DNA from: a virus | Lineage: Duplodnaviria; Caudoviricetes | IMG/VR virus record: IMGVR_UViG_3300016467_000307 | Location: 1 to 37,924 of that record | DNA: 37,924 nucleotides | Reading direction: 5' to 3' (one strand) | Shown here: piece after piece, positions 8,989 to 18,285 of the stretch | Layout: each line of letters begins with the position of its first letter | Position numbering within the stretch: position 1 is the first letter of the stretch | Notes under the pieces: model-generated | The model's database searches: none | The model's input: only the letters and a program-made list of their open reading frames with translations | Told to the model about the DNA's origin: nothing | Program-made: the position numbers and the translations under genes

Positions 8989-9406
8989 TTTAGCTAGGAT
9001 ATACCTAGAAGCTTGTTGCAATAATCCTGACGCATTGCTCTTTGTGTCTGCATTTCACCATTACTGCCATACTATTGACGACTTTGTAGATGGGGATAAA
9101 CAGATAACGCCTGAAAACCTGCTAGATTTGCTGATACAAGCTAACAACTTATACACTACTACATTCTACATAAACAACTGCATTAAGCTTCAAACTGTAA
9201 TAACAAACATAACTAATACATACGCAGACTCAGTTGCTTGGGAAAAGTCTAGTGAGAAATGGAAGCGAGATGTTGCTGATGTAATTAGGCAGTGTGGAAA
9301 TGATATGGTTGTTACTGTTGCTTGGATCTGTGGCGGCTATCAGCATATGCGGACAATTTCATTGAAACTACGTGAGTTTGCGTATCACTCTCAGCACAAG
9401 GAATAA
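8981..9406 (+). CDS. Isoprenoid-synthase-fold (DDxxD) protein
   Basis: All-helical, 141 aa from ATG 8981; HTIDDFVDGD resembles the first aspartate-rich motif of trans-isoprenyl diphosphate synthases. Confidence 0.5.
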   Translation: MDDLARIYLEACCNNPDALLFVSAFHHYCHTIDDFVDGDKQITPENLLDLLIQANNLYTTTFYINNCIKLQTVITNITNTYADSVAWEKSSEKWKRDVADVIRQCGNDMVVTVAWICGGYQHMRTISLKLREFAYHSQHKE

Positions 9407-9409
9407 CTT

Positions 9410-11050
9410 ATGGCAGACTATGGATACAGTTCAGCTTATAGAGGAATGACTGGTGGGACTTTGCCTGCTGGGTATATGGAGGCTGCTACGGCTCCTGGTC
9501 GTGCTTATGGTGCGGCTTTGTCTAACATTGGACAGAATATAGCTGGAGCCATTAGAGGTTACATCAAGAACAAAGAAGAGGAACAGTATCTAACCTCAAA
9601 GATTGAAGCTGGATTGGCTCAGTATGCTGATGTTGGTCGTCAAGGTCCGTTGCCTAGTGGTGCTACTGCTGATCTGGAGAATTTAGGCAGGATTGTAGGT
9701 GATAAGAATCTTGAGAAGTTCATGTCTGGTAAGGCTACTAGGATGGATAAACTTGCCATTGCTAACTCTCTTGAGACCTATGCCGATAAAGAGTCTAGGA
9801 TTCTTAGCAATCAACTCGCTGCTCAAAATCTTGAACTTGGTAGATTTAACCTTGCAGAAGCTCAAAGAAAAGTGGCTTATGAGGAGGCTAATAAGGAGGC
9901 TACACGTCGGGCTTCTGAAGTTCCTTTGTACGAGACTAAGGTTTTGCCTCAAACAACCACTCAAAATGTTCCAGATTATCAAGCTTTACAGCAAATGTTC
10001 GCAGAGGCTTTAGCACCTAGGGTTTCTCCGACAGCTCCAACAACTCCCATTACAGCTCAGTGGTTCCAACAAGCTCCTGAAGTTCAAGTTCCTGAAGCTC
10101 AATACCCTGCTGCCGGAAAGCCTATTATCCCTGGGGATGGCACCCAACTTGTTCCTACTCCAACAACAGCTAAATACTTCCAAGGAATTCAACCTAGTTT
10201 GATTAAAACCGAGCCGAAGCTTGGACCCGCACCAACTCAGGAAATGGCTCAACCTGAAACAACGCCAACAGCCGGACGACAACCATTGCCAAGCCAAGTT
10301 CCGACAAAAGAAGTTACGGTTCAAGGCGCTCCAGAGGTTTTTCAACGTGCTAGGACTTACGAGGAGATGGTTCCTGAGTTCACTAAGATTCTTAAGGGTC
10401 TAAACCTTCCTGTAACTCCTGATATGCTTCAGTCAATGGCTGCTATTAAAGGGGTTCAACCTCAACAGATTAAGACCACTGAGCTTCCTGGAGGTGCTAC
10501 GGCCGTTGTGGGTCCTGGTGGTAAATTTGAAATTTTGCAAGCTCCTAAAGTAAAAGAAGGACAACCGTTGGCTGTTGAAGAGATTAAGCAATTAAAGTCG
10601 ATCAAATCTGTAGCTAGTGACTTGGCTGGAATCAGGAAATCTCTTGAAGGTACAATGACTGGTCCTGTTATCGGAAGGCTTCGTGAGCTTAATACGTTTG
10701 ATAAGGTTAGAAAGGAGCTTGAGTCACGCATACAGGCTGCACTTCCTGAGGTTGCTAGAGGTTTGTTTGGCGAGGTTGGCGTTCTTACTGACAAGGACGT
10801 TGAAAGGTACATGAAGATTTTGCCAAGCATTAGGGATAGTAAGGAGCTTTCGGATATGCTTCTTAAGAACTTAGAAGACAAACTGGCTAGATCCTACCAA
10901 GACTCATTATCTGTATACTCTCAAGCTGGCAAAAACATCAGCGGATTCCCACGTGATTTCAGTGAATTTGTTAAAGGAACTCCAGCTCCACAGACTCAAA
11001 GCGGTATTCAGATAAAAACATACAACCCGGTAACTGGTAAAATTGAATAA
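9410..11050 (+). CDS. DNA ejection protein (internal virion protein)
   Basis: 546 aa helical protein with a P/Q/T-rich centre and C-terminal GEVGVLTDKDVERY motif; position in the ejection module. Confidence 0.65.
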   Translation: MADYGYSSAYRGMTGGTLPAGYMEAATAPGRAYGAALSNIGQNIAGAIRGYIKNKEEEQYLTSKIEAGLAQYADVGRQGPLPSGATADLENLGRIVGDKNLEKFMSGKATRMDKLAIANSLETYADKESRILSNQLAAQNLELGRFNLAEAQRKVAYEEANKEATRRASEVPLYETKVLPQTTTQNVPDYQALQQMFAEALAPRVSPTAPTTPITAQWFQQAPEVQVPEAQYPAAGKPIIPGDGTQLVPTPTTAKYFQGIQPSLIKTEPKLGPAPTQEMAQPETTPTAGRQPLPSQVPTKEVTVQGAPEVFQRARTYEEMVPEFTKILKGLNLPVTPDMLQSMAAIKGVQPQQIKTTELPGGATAVVGPGGKFEILQAPKVKEGQPLAVEEIKQLKSIKSVASDLAGIRKSLEGTMTGPVIGRLRELNTFDKVRKELESRIQAALPEVARGLFGEVGVLTDKDVERYMKILPSIRDSKELSDMLLKNLEDKLARSYQDSLSVYSQAGKNISGFPRDFSEFVKGTPAPQTQSGIQIKTYNPVTGKIE

Positions 11051-11052
11051 TC

Positions 11053-14000
11053 ATGCCATATCAAATAACTGTTCCTGGAAGAGCTGTAGTCACTTTCCCT
11101 GATAGCGTTACGCCTGAGAAAGCTCAGAGTTTATTGGCTGAACAGTTTCCACCTACTGGCGAAGATATAGCAGCTACAGTTTCTCAAGACCCAACGTTTA
11201 AGCCAACTAGAAACCAGTATGCTTTGTTTGAGCAATTTAAGGATCAGCAGTCTACTGACTATCTTTCTGGTTTAGCTCAAGCGTTGCCTCAGGTTGTTGA
11301 AGATATTGGTCAAGGTATTCCAGGTGCTGCACGTGCCTTATTGTCTGCTGATAAGAGTTTGGCTGCTACAGGAGTTGAGGGATTTGCCCAAGGAACACGC
11401 AGTCTTTACGGTTTAATAGCTCAGTCCGACAATCCAAGTAGCCCACTGTTTAAGTTCAAATCATTGCTTACGGGTTCAGGGACATTAGACGAGCGTTACA
11501 ATCAGTTCTTAGAAGCCAGAGACTTTGCCGAAAAGACACGTCAACTTGATGAAGGAAACCAGACTTTAATTGCAAAAAAAGATCAGATTGACCCTGCTGC
11601 AACAAAAGCACTGAGCTATGTACTTGATCCAACCTTATTCTTTGGTCCGGTTAAGGGTTTTGCGTTGGCTGGGCATCTTGGCGAGACTGCTCTAAATGCG
11701 GCTAAGGCTGTTGAACGTGTAGAAGGTGCTGCTGGTAAAATTGGGTTAAAAACTGCTGAACTTGCTGGTACTGGCGCTCAAAAGGTTGGTGCTGGTGTAG
11801 GTGATGTTGGTCGCTTGTTTGGCAAGGCTGTAGATGAGGTTGTTGACTTCACTGGTATACCCAAGGAGCAATCTAGGACTTTGCTTGGTGGAGCCATTGG
11901 TGCTGGGGTGTTGAGTTCTCCTGATGTTCTAAGTGGAATTGCTGCTACGGCATTAGGAGGTGGTCTACTCAATCGAGGTGGTGAAGTAATTGCAGAAGCT
12001 GCTAGAATCGCTCAGGAAGGCATCCCCAGTCGCTTAGGAACTCTTGAACGTGTCGCACTATCACCAACTGTATCTGAACCAGCTAGGAAGTTTGCTAGAG
12101 TCTTGGCTCAGGCTCAGCCGGTTTACAGGTTTGTAGGTGACGTTGCTCAAGGTGCTGCTGAGGGTGCTGCGATAGGTTCTACTCTTGGTTATTTGTCTAC
12201 TGGTACGGCTGAGGGTGCAGGCGCTGGAGCTGGGGCTGGCATTGGATTAGGATCTATAGGTGGAGGCATAGGTAGCTTCATTAACATTGGGGCTAGGCGT
12301 CAGGAAGGTGCGTTGGGTGATATTACCCGATTCTTAGATACAATTCCTGATCCAACATTGAAGCAGCGTTTGACTGATGGTTTGGCTAGAGTTGCTGGTG
12401 AGGATCAGAATTACCGTAGAGCTGCTGCAACCGTTGATGCTGTTAATAGTGCTAGAGAGCGTGGTATTGGTGTGAATTTCTTGGATGCTAATGATCTGGC
12501 TACTGCTTACTACGATCCTAAGAACAACACTATTAACCTAAACCCAGATAGATTGAATTCTGGCAGTGCTATACATGAGTTAGATCACGCAATTCGAGTT
12601 GGAATCATTGGTAAGTCTTACAGTGAGGGTCTTAGGGAGACTATTCTTGGGGTCAAAGATCAAAACGGAAGCACTGTTAAACCTGGGATAACTGATCTAA
12701 ACGGTCTGGCTGATGTCGCATCTAGCATTGCTGAGCAGTACAAGTCTAATCCGGCTGAGGCTGATAGGTTTAAGCAGTTCAGTAAGACTCTAAAGTCAGA
12801 CATACCTGAGAATGACAAGGCTGAAGCTATTGGGTCTGTAATTGACGAGCTGACTGCGATTTACACTGAGAAACTGTTTACTAGAAAGGGGATGGAGGAT
12901 GCCTTGACCAAGCGTTTGCCACTGTTCTACAGAAACTTAGTTGATTCAGTAACGCAAAGAGTCTACGACAAATTTAGAACAAACCTATACGAGCGAGGCA
13001 CACCAATCCCAGTTGGAAATCAAATCAAGTATGCTTTTACAGACGATAAAGGACGGTTAATTCGCATCCCAGAGTTAGACACGCTTATTGAGAACGCAAT
13101 GAATGCTCAGTATGGAAGCGAAACCGCAAAACCAAGAAGCGAAGCGGAAATAGCAAAAGAGCAGATCAAAGGAATCAAAGAGTATCAAACGTTGGCAAAA
13201 GCAAAAACTGCTGAAGAGATAGCCGTTCAAAAAGACATTCAAAACGCTCAGAAAATTGAGATAGAAAAAAAGAAGTCTGAAATACTATCCATTAAGAACA
13301 AGCAGGACGAACTAAGGATTCATGGCGAAAACACTAGAAATGATCTAATTCAGCAGAAGACCAATCAGAATCAAATCAAGGCTGAAAACATTAAAAAGAG
13401 AAACGACCTATTAAGCCAACTAGCCAAAGCAAAGGACGAAAAGACAAAGCAACAAATAAGGTCTGAAATAGCTAAAGCTGAAAAAGAAGCATATAAGGCA
13501 AACTCAGAAATAGCTAAGGCTGAAAAATCTATATGGAATGTTGAGAAGGAAATAGCTAAGGCGAAAAAAGAATCTGCCAAGGCTGAGGTTGAATTGATTA
13601 AGCAAAAGAAAGCTGAGGATACTCTAGCAAAGGCAAAAGCTTCTTTGGAAAAGGCTGCAAAACCCATTGAGGCAAAGGCTGCTGAAACTCCACTTACTGA
13701 GGCCATCAAAGAGCTAGATATGTCTCATAGGTTTACTAAGGATAAAGATGGAAACTACGTTGAAAAACCAGCATTAGAGGTGGAAAAGCTTGGTAAGAAA
13801 TTCAACGAAGAGGCTATTGCTCGTATTGCAGCAGTATCTAAACCCGGTGACCCAACATTGACTGAAGTTGTTATAGGCCGTGGCAAAGGTCTTAGCTTAA
13901 AGGGTCTAAATGAGAATCAGATTTTAGCATTCATTAACACGCCTGATCTTCCAGAAAGAGCCAAAACTCAAATATACAATGACTGGAAGAACTTAAATCA

Positions 14001-15621
14001 AGATAAGACCAAGGGTAACGTCCAAAGCACTGTAAACTATCGCATCAACGAAGAGCCTTATGGCAGCGCAAAAACCATCAAAGAAAAGACTGCTCAAAAG
14101 ATAGAGGGAGAGCATCTAGTTCACGACATTGTTTTGACTCCAAAGAAAGGTGTAATTCAACGCACAGTAAACACAACTAGGGTCAAAGACACGCTGGCAA
14201 GACTCATTCATCAAGATAACTACAAAGGAATATACAACACTCCGAGTGAGGCTTATGGCGACCTAATGCGCTATTTGAACAACCTGACTCTGGGTGAAGG
14301 AAAGGCCAGACTGAGTGCTGAGTTGTTTGGCGGAGGTAGTAAAGGTGAAAAGATTCGGAACATGATGCACGAGGCTATGGGTTTTATGGGTGATGCTCCT
14401 GAAAGGCCTGCTGGCTACGACTACACAAAAGCTAACGTCAAAGGATCACTCAAGGGTCAAGGGGCTAAGCATGAAGATTTCAATTACTACCACATAGTTT
14501 CATCAACCCCAACTGGAGAGAAATGGTCATACACTGTTGGAGAGACTTACGGTTTGGGTAAGAAGAACTTCCAGCCTCAGGACTTTAAGGTTGAGAACGT
14601 TGGCGAATCTAAGGTCTATAACAACGCACTTGGCTATCGAATCATTGAGCGTGATGGGAAGTATACGGCTTACGGCAAAGACAATCAGAAGCTAGGAACA
14701 TCTACAGATTTTGGGTCTGCAACCAAGCAGCTCATAACACAAGACAACAAAGAATATGCCACTAATCAAAGGTTACTCGCCAAAGAGTATGAGCAAGAAT
14801 ATCTCAACCGAAATGAAACACGGAAAACCTCAGAAACAAGCGGTAGCAATCGCCTACTCAGTAGCAAGGAAGGCAGCCAAAGCAGCGGGGAAATCGGTCA
14901 GGTTCGACAAGAGGGGAATGTAAAGTTTTCTAAGCCCCCTTCTGAATCTGAAGCTAAAAATGCTTTATACGAAACCAAGAGGCCGTTTTTTGGAGAGCAT
15001 AGAAATTTGCCAGAAGGAACACCTGTTGGAGTTAGAATAGACATTCCGGCTTTTCTTCAGAAGGGGGTTTATGTCCAAACAATTCACAATCAAGCTACCC
15101 CAGGAAACGTTGGCGATAGAATAGGGTACGACACTCATGTAAGGCTTAAAAACGGGGTTAGATTCTTCGTTAAAGAAGGCTCAAGTGAAATGTCTCAAGG
15201 CGCAGTTTCCATAAAAGAAGGTAGAGCAAAAAAACACCCAATAGCTACGGTTGAAGGGCCATACTCCTCAGACAGGTCAATACCGAACGATATATCAACA
15301 TGGACCCCGGTTGGAATGGACCCCAAAAAACACTCATACTTTTACGATAAGACCAACGGCAAACCTGTTTTAGGTGGAAGCGAATCTTACAGCGTTGGCA
15401 ATACTGTCTTTGTTAAAGATCCAATTTACGGAAACCCAACCGACTTTAAGTATCAACCAGACCCCTCTGTTGCTGGAGCATTTAACTTCACAAACGGTTT
15501 CAAGGCTCTACCCGGCAAGGCTAAAGGTTCTTTCAGGATCTACTCTCCTACTGGTGGTTTGGTTGGTATAGCTAACGGAATTCAGCAAGCAGAACGCATG
15601 GTCAGTCGCAATCTAAAATAA
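11053..15621 (+). CDS. Large ejection / polyvalent protein with zincin HExxH domain
   Basis: 1522 aa; G/A-rich membrane-like segments; AYYDP...INLN...AIHELDH; K/E/A coiled coil; C-terminal globular domains. Confidence 0.75.
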   Translation: MPYQITVPGRAVVTFPDSVTPEKAQSLLAEQFPPTGEDIAATVSQDPTFKPTRNQYALFEQFKDQQSTDYLSGLAQALPQVVEDIGQGIPGAARALLSADKSLAATGVEGFAQGTRSLYGLIAQSDNPSSPLFKFKSLLTGSGTLDERYNQFLEARDFAEKTRQLDEGNQTLIAKKDQIDPAATKALSYVLDPTLFFGPVKGFALAGHLGETALNAAKAVERVEGAAGKIGLKTAELAGTGAQKVGAGVGDVGRLFGKAVDEVVDFTGIPKEQSRTLLGGAIGAGVLSSPDVLSGIAATALGGGLLNRGGEVIAEAARIAQEGIPSRLGTLERVALSPTVSEPARKFARVLAQAQPVYRFVGDVAQGAAEGAAIGSTLGYLSTGTAEGAGAGAGAGIGLGSIGGGIGSFINIGARRQEGALGDITRFLDTIPDPTLKQRLTDGLARVAGEDQNYRRAAATVDAVNSARERGIGVNFLDANDLATAYYDPKNNTINLNPDRLNSGSAIHELDHAIRVGIIGKSYSEGLRETILGVKDQNGSTVKPGITDLNGLADVASSIAEQYKSNPAEADRFKQFSKTLKSDIPENDKAEAIGSVIDELTAIYTEKLFTRKGMEDALTKRLPLFYRNLVDSVTQRVYDKFRTNLYERGTPIPVGNQIKYAFTDDKGRLIRIPELDTLIENAMNAQYGSETAKPRSEAEIAKEQIKGIKEYQTLAKAKTAEEIAVQKDIQNAQKIEIEKKKSEILSIKNKQDELRIHGENTRNDLIQQKTNQNQIKAENIKKRNDLLSQLAKAKDEKTKQQIRSEIAKAEKEAYKANSEIAKAEKSIWNVEKEIAKAKKESAKAEVELIKQKKAEDTLAKAKASLEKAAKPIEAKAAETPLTEAIKELDMSHRFTKDKDGNYVEKPALEVEKLGKKFNEEAIARIAAVSKPGDPTLTEVVIGRGKGLSLKGLNENQILAFINTPDLPERAKTQIYNDWKNLNQDKTKGNVQSTVNYRINEEPYGSAKTIKEKTAQKIEGEHLVHDIVLTPKKGVIQRTVNTTRVKDTLARLIHQDNYKGIYNTPSEAYGDLMRYLNNLTLGEGKARLSAELFGGGSKGEKIRNMMHEAMGFMGDAPERPAGYDYTKANVKGSLKGQGAKHEDFNYYHIVSSTPTGEKWSYTVGETYGLGKKNFQPQDFKVENVGESKVYNNALGYRIIERDGKYTAYGKDNQKLGTSTDFGSATKQLITQDNKEYATNQRLLAKEYEQEYLNRNETRKTSETSGSNRLLSSKEGSQSSGEIGQVRQEGNVKFSKPPSESEAKNALYETKRPFFGEHRNLPEGTPVGVRIDIPAFLQKGVYVQTIHNQATPGNVGDRIGYDTHVRLKNGVRFFVKEGSSEMSQGAVSIKEGRAKKHPIATVEGPYSSDRSIPNDISTWTPVGMDPKKHSYFYDKTNGKPVLGGSESYSVGNTVFVKDPIYGNPTDFKYQPDPSVAGAFNFTNGFKALPGKAKGSFRIYSPTGGLVGIANGIQQAERMVSRNLK
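14756..14923 (+). CDS. Nested small basic protein (PQKQAVAIAYS family), +1 frame inside the large ejection gene
   Basis: Hand-translated MPLIKGYSPKSMSKNISTEMKHGKPQKQAVAIAYSVARKAAKAAGKSVRFDKRGM*. Confidence 0.7.
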   Translation: MPLIKGYSPKSMSKNISTEMKHGKPQKQAVAIAYSVARKAAKAAGKSVRFDKRGM

Positions 15622-15622
15622 C

Positions 15623-16234
15623 ATGGCATACGACTCTCAGACGCTGACAATTCTGGTCAACAAATTGCGGTATGACGTAGATAGGTTGCGTCAAAAGATT
15701 GCTGTATTGCATGATGAAAAGCCGATTGGCACTGCTGGTGGAACTGCCGTAAATGACGCTTGGACAACTAGAACAATTAACCAAGTATCTTACGACCCAG
15801 ACGACCTGATTATATCCCTGAACAACAACGAGTTCACAGTAGGTCCTGGCACTTGGAATATCAGGGGTGCTTCAATGTTTCATTACACTGAGGGCACTAG
15901 GACTCGGATAATCAACGTCACAGACAACACGGTTTGCGCCTATTCTCTCAGCAATCACATCAGTAATCAGGAGAACATCCCAGTCTTCGTTAGCGCAACG
16001 GTTACCACCAACAAAGAGACCAAGTATCGGATAGAGTACTACTGCGACCTAGGTGGAACTGACTCACTTGGAAAAGCTTCAGGAATAGCTAATTTCTCAG
16101 CACTTTTGATGGAAGGTGGAGGCGGTGTTTTGCTGGAGTCTGGCGCTGTTTTGGCCTTGGAATCAGGGGCTATTGGCTACGAGCTTTACACCAGAGTTGA
16201 GGTCATTCGCATGGATCACCTAAAGCCATTCTAA
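15623..16234 (+). CDS. Structural beta-sandwich (fibre-like) protein
   Basis: Short N-terminal coil, then DEKPxGTAGGT...WTTRTIN...FTVGPGTW module; LLESG insert near the C-terminus. Confidence 0.55.
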   Translation: MAYDSQTLTILVNKLRYDVDRLRQKIAVLHDEKPIGTAGGTAVNDAWTTRTINQVSYDPDDLIISLNNNEFTVGPGTWNIRGASMFHYTEGTRTRIINVTDNTVCAYSLSNHISNQENIPVFVSATVTTNKETKYRIEYYCDLGGTDSLGKASGIANFSALLMEGGGGVLLESGAVLALESGAIGYELYTRVEVIRMDHLKPF

Positions 16235-16244
16235 AAATTTTTAC

Positions 16245-16283
16245 ATAAAAAAGTAGACAGCGTGTTTGGCGTGTGGTTAAGTC
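16245..16283 (+). promoter_or_regulatory. Putative sigma70-type promoter of the early/middle operon
   Basis: A-tract followed by TAGACA (16254-16259); weak -10; just upstream of the RHH gene ATG. Confidence 0.35.
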
Positions 16284-16292
16284 TTCTCGTCG

Positions 16293-16436
16293 ATGGTTGA
16301 TCCTAAGGTTAAGCAAGCGAAGAAAACGGTACAGATCTCTAAGGAAGCTCATACTTCTCTGATTGAGTACTGCAAGCGTCTTGGCCTGAAGATCAATGCC
16401 TTCGTAGAAAAGCTAATCATAACGCACACAAAATGA
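16293..16436 (+). CDS. Ribbon-helix-helix DNA-binding protein (47 aa)
   Basis: Hand-translated MVDPKVKQAKKTVQISKEAHTSLIEYCKRLGLKINAFVEKLIITHTK; strand-helix-G-helix pattern; ATGA-coupled to the next gene. Confidence 0.7.
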   Translation: MVDPKVKQAKKTVQISKEAHTSLIEYCKRLGLKINAFVEKLIITHTK

Positions 16437-17275
16437 GTTCATTACAAGTTGCTAATTCAAACGTTCAAACCTTAACAACATCAACCTACGAAAAGATCAG
16501 TGACCCCATTGAGGCGGCGCAAAAGCTTGGAGAGTGGATTTGTAAGTCTGGGCTTTTTGGAGTGGATAGACCTGACCAAGGTACGATTTTGGGTCTTCAG
16601 TGCATTGTCGAAAAGTTACCTCCTCTGGAACTGGCAAAGCGGTATCACTTCATTCAGGGTAAGTTGTCTCTCCGTGCAGATGCTATGCTGGCTTTATATC
16701 GTGAAAGGGGAGGTAAAGTGGTATGGATTGAGAACTCTGACAAAGCTGCACGGGCGAGGTGGATTTACGACGGCAACGATATTGAGATTAGTTATACTAG
16801 CGACGATGCTAAAGCTGCTGGATTGCTTCCTCCTAAGCCTGGGTCTGGTTGGGCTAAGTTTCCTGCTGCTATGTTGGTTGCACGATTGACCAGTAAGGCG
16901 GTGCGTCTCTTGTGTCCTGAGGCTGTTACAGGAGTTTATACACCAGAAGAGGTCCAAGACTTCAACCAGCAAGTAAAGACGGTTTATAACGCAACTGTGA
17001 GCGATTCTGGGCCATTGGAGACGTTTGAGGAAGCTAAGCCAGTTGAACCTCAGACATTGGAAGTGGTTACTGATCTCAGTTTGCAACAGAAGGTCGAAGA
17101 TTTGATTGATTCCAATAATATAAAACTACAAGCAATGATGTTCTTAATAGACAAGAAGTGGTTAGGAGAAGGTCAGACTATTCTGGATCTTGGTTCAGCT
17201 AGGGCAGCTAAGATTCTCAGCAAGCCAGACAAGTTCGTTGAAGCTGTTAAATCCTTTGCTGGAGTACTGGCATGA
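16433..17275 (+). CDS. RecT-like ssDNA annealing protein
   Basis: IQGKLSLRADAM...AKAAGL...WAKFPAAMLVAR...CPEAVTGVYTPEE. Confidence 0.8.
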   Translation: MSSLQVANSNVQTLTTSTYEKISDPIEAAQKLGEWICKSGLFGVDRPDQGTILGLQCIVEKLPPLELAKRYHFIQGKLSLRADAMLALYRERGGKVVWIENSDKAARARWIYDGNDIEISYTSDDAKAAGLLPPKPGSGWAKFPAAMLVARLTSKAVRLLCPEAVTGVYTPEEVQDFNQQVKTVYNATVSDSGPLETFEEAKPVEPQTLEVVTDLSLQQKVEDLIDSNNIKLQAMMFLIDKKWLGEGQTILDLGSARAAKILSKPDKFVEAVKSFAGVLA

Positions 17276-18285
17276 ATAACTACATCACTAGGCCAAGCTC
17301 GTTACCGGGTCAGTCAGTAAGTCCTAGGTTCAAACCGGGTGGTGAAAATGAGAATACTCAAGCTGGCAAACTTAGGCATGAGGCTCTTGAAGCTATGTTA
17401 CGTGGCGATGATAGTCTTGTCTCTAAGCTGCATAGTTTTGACTCTGATGGTGTTCGTTGGGCTTATTCTTACATCCAGAAGGAGGCTCCGCTTGATAACT
17501 ACCCGATTGAGTCAGAACAAAGGATTGAGATATTCCGAGATGGCAAAGTAATAATGGATGGCACCGCTGATGTGATTTGTGGAGATCATATCTTTGACCT
17601 TAAGTGGATGGAACGTGATTACCGACATCAGATGGCAGCCTATGCACTTGGACTCATGCAACGAAGGAACACGCACTCAGCAACAGTACATATATTATAC
17701 GGAGCGTTTAGAACCATTAAGTCCTATCACATTCTCAAATCTGAAGCTGAGAACCTCGTCTACACAACCTATGACAAAGTTGCAGATCCAAACACTCCTT
17801 GTGTCCCTAGCTCTTATTGTGGCTGGTGCGCTAATAGTCTTGGTTGCTCTGTTCTGACTAATCATGTCAACAAGGTGGCAGTAAGTGCTGATGCTATACC
17901 TCTGAAAGACATTGAGATTGCTAGTCCTGCTCAGCTTGCATCTGCTCTTAATCTTGTGAGTGTCGTAGAAGAGTGGTGTGAGACCGTTAGGAAGACTGCA
18001 TCTAATATGGCTAAGAGCGGTGTAGATATTCCAGGGTATCGACTTGTTGGTCGGCAAGGTCAAAGGGAAGTTGAGCCAGAACGTATTAAGGATGCATTCA
18101 AAGCTACTGGTCTTCCGGCTGATACATTCCTCAAATGCTGCTCACTCAAGCTTACAAAGCTCAACGAAGTATATTCATCATATTTTAACCTGAAAGCGTC
18201 TGAGGCTAAATCACAGCTTAATGACAAACTCTCAGGTATCATAACACACAAAGAATCATCACAATATCTAACTAAAACATACTAA
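17272..18285 (+). CDS. PD-(D/E)XK Cas4-like exonuclease (DUF2800-like)
   Basis: GTADV...DLK...QMAAYA; CGWC...C cluster; IPGYRLV. Confidence 0.8.
   Translation: MNNYITRPSSLPGQSVSPRFKPGGENENTQAGKLRHEALEAMLRGDDSLVSKLHSFDSDGVRWAYSYIQKEAPLDNYPIESEQRIEIFRDGKVIMDGTADVICGDHIFDLKWMERDYRHQMAAYALGLMQRRNTHSATVHILYGAFRTIKSYHILKSEAENLVYTTYDKVADPNTPCVPSSYCGWCANSLGCSVLTNHVNKVAVSADAIPLKDIEIASPAQLASALNLVSVVEEWCETVRKTASNMAKSGVDIPGYRLVGRQGQREVEPERIKDAFKATGLPADTFLKCCSLKLTKLNEVYSSYFNLKASEAKSQLNDKLSGIITHKESSQYLTKTY

Noticed and set aside
3676-13709. Antisense ORFs in structural genes (e.g. 6470-6895, 10462-10881, 13371-13709)
   Set aside because: Shadows of biased codon usage on the coding strand; no motifs or expression signals
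17272-18285. Cas4 as part of a CRISPR system
   Set aside because: It lies between the RecT-like and SSB genes, so it is an ordinary phage recombination exonuclease
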